From the NCBI GenBank assembly GCA_965199825.1, contig OZ241329.1, positions 1,696,001-1,760,000 of the forward strand: 64,000 bases of DNA. The letters are read 5' to 3'. Made by a program: the position numbers and the translations under genes. Each line of letters opens with the position of its first letter. The first letter of the stretch is position 1. Source of the DNA: Bdellovibrionales bacterium. Lineage in GTDB: Bacteria > Bdellovibrionota > Bdellovibrionia > Bdellovibrionales > UBA1609. The notes beneath the pieces were generated by a model. That model ran no database searches and was not told the DNA's origin. It saw only the letters and a program-made list of their open reading frames with translations. Shown piece by piece: positions 61,108 to 64,000 of the stretch.

Positions 61108-64000
<2,893 letters not shown>

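Overview
Gene-dense chromosomal segment of a Bdellovibrionota bacterium, probably Bdellovibrionaceae-like. The assignment is inferred from 16S sequence features and gene content, not from a database search. In order: two very large, tandem, full-length paralogous exported proteins of unknown function (the first cut by the window edge); livK-like SBP, ftsB-like, XRE-HTH and polA; a DcaP-like porin, a degenerate RAYT/IS200-type HUH transposase, a BamE-like lipoprotein, fliL and an FHA-domain sigma54 activator; engB-kdsB-pyrG-kdsD; a compact Agl-Glt gliding operon (two OM beta-barrels, gltC, gltD with a GltE-like C-terminus, gltF, gltG, aglRQS); a Cys-rich secreted PGRP-type amidase with a coupled small exported NTF2-like partner; an SDR and a GYF-GYF-PilZ protein; lptC/A fusion-lptB-rpoN; a HEAT-like protein; metK-lepA-lepB-lepB; pyrB-carA-orf-carB; type IV pilus genes pilH-I-D and pilMNOPQ; rarA; a stand-alone tRNA-Ala(UGC); and an rRNA operon (16S, tRNA-Ile, 23S cut by the window end). 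No CRISPR array, prophage or intact IS was seen. The best candidates for an undescribed system are the tandem ~1100-aa paralog pair (2..6642) and the amidase plus putative immunity pair (30802..32284). All functional calls come from reading motifs by eye.
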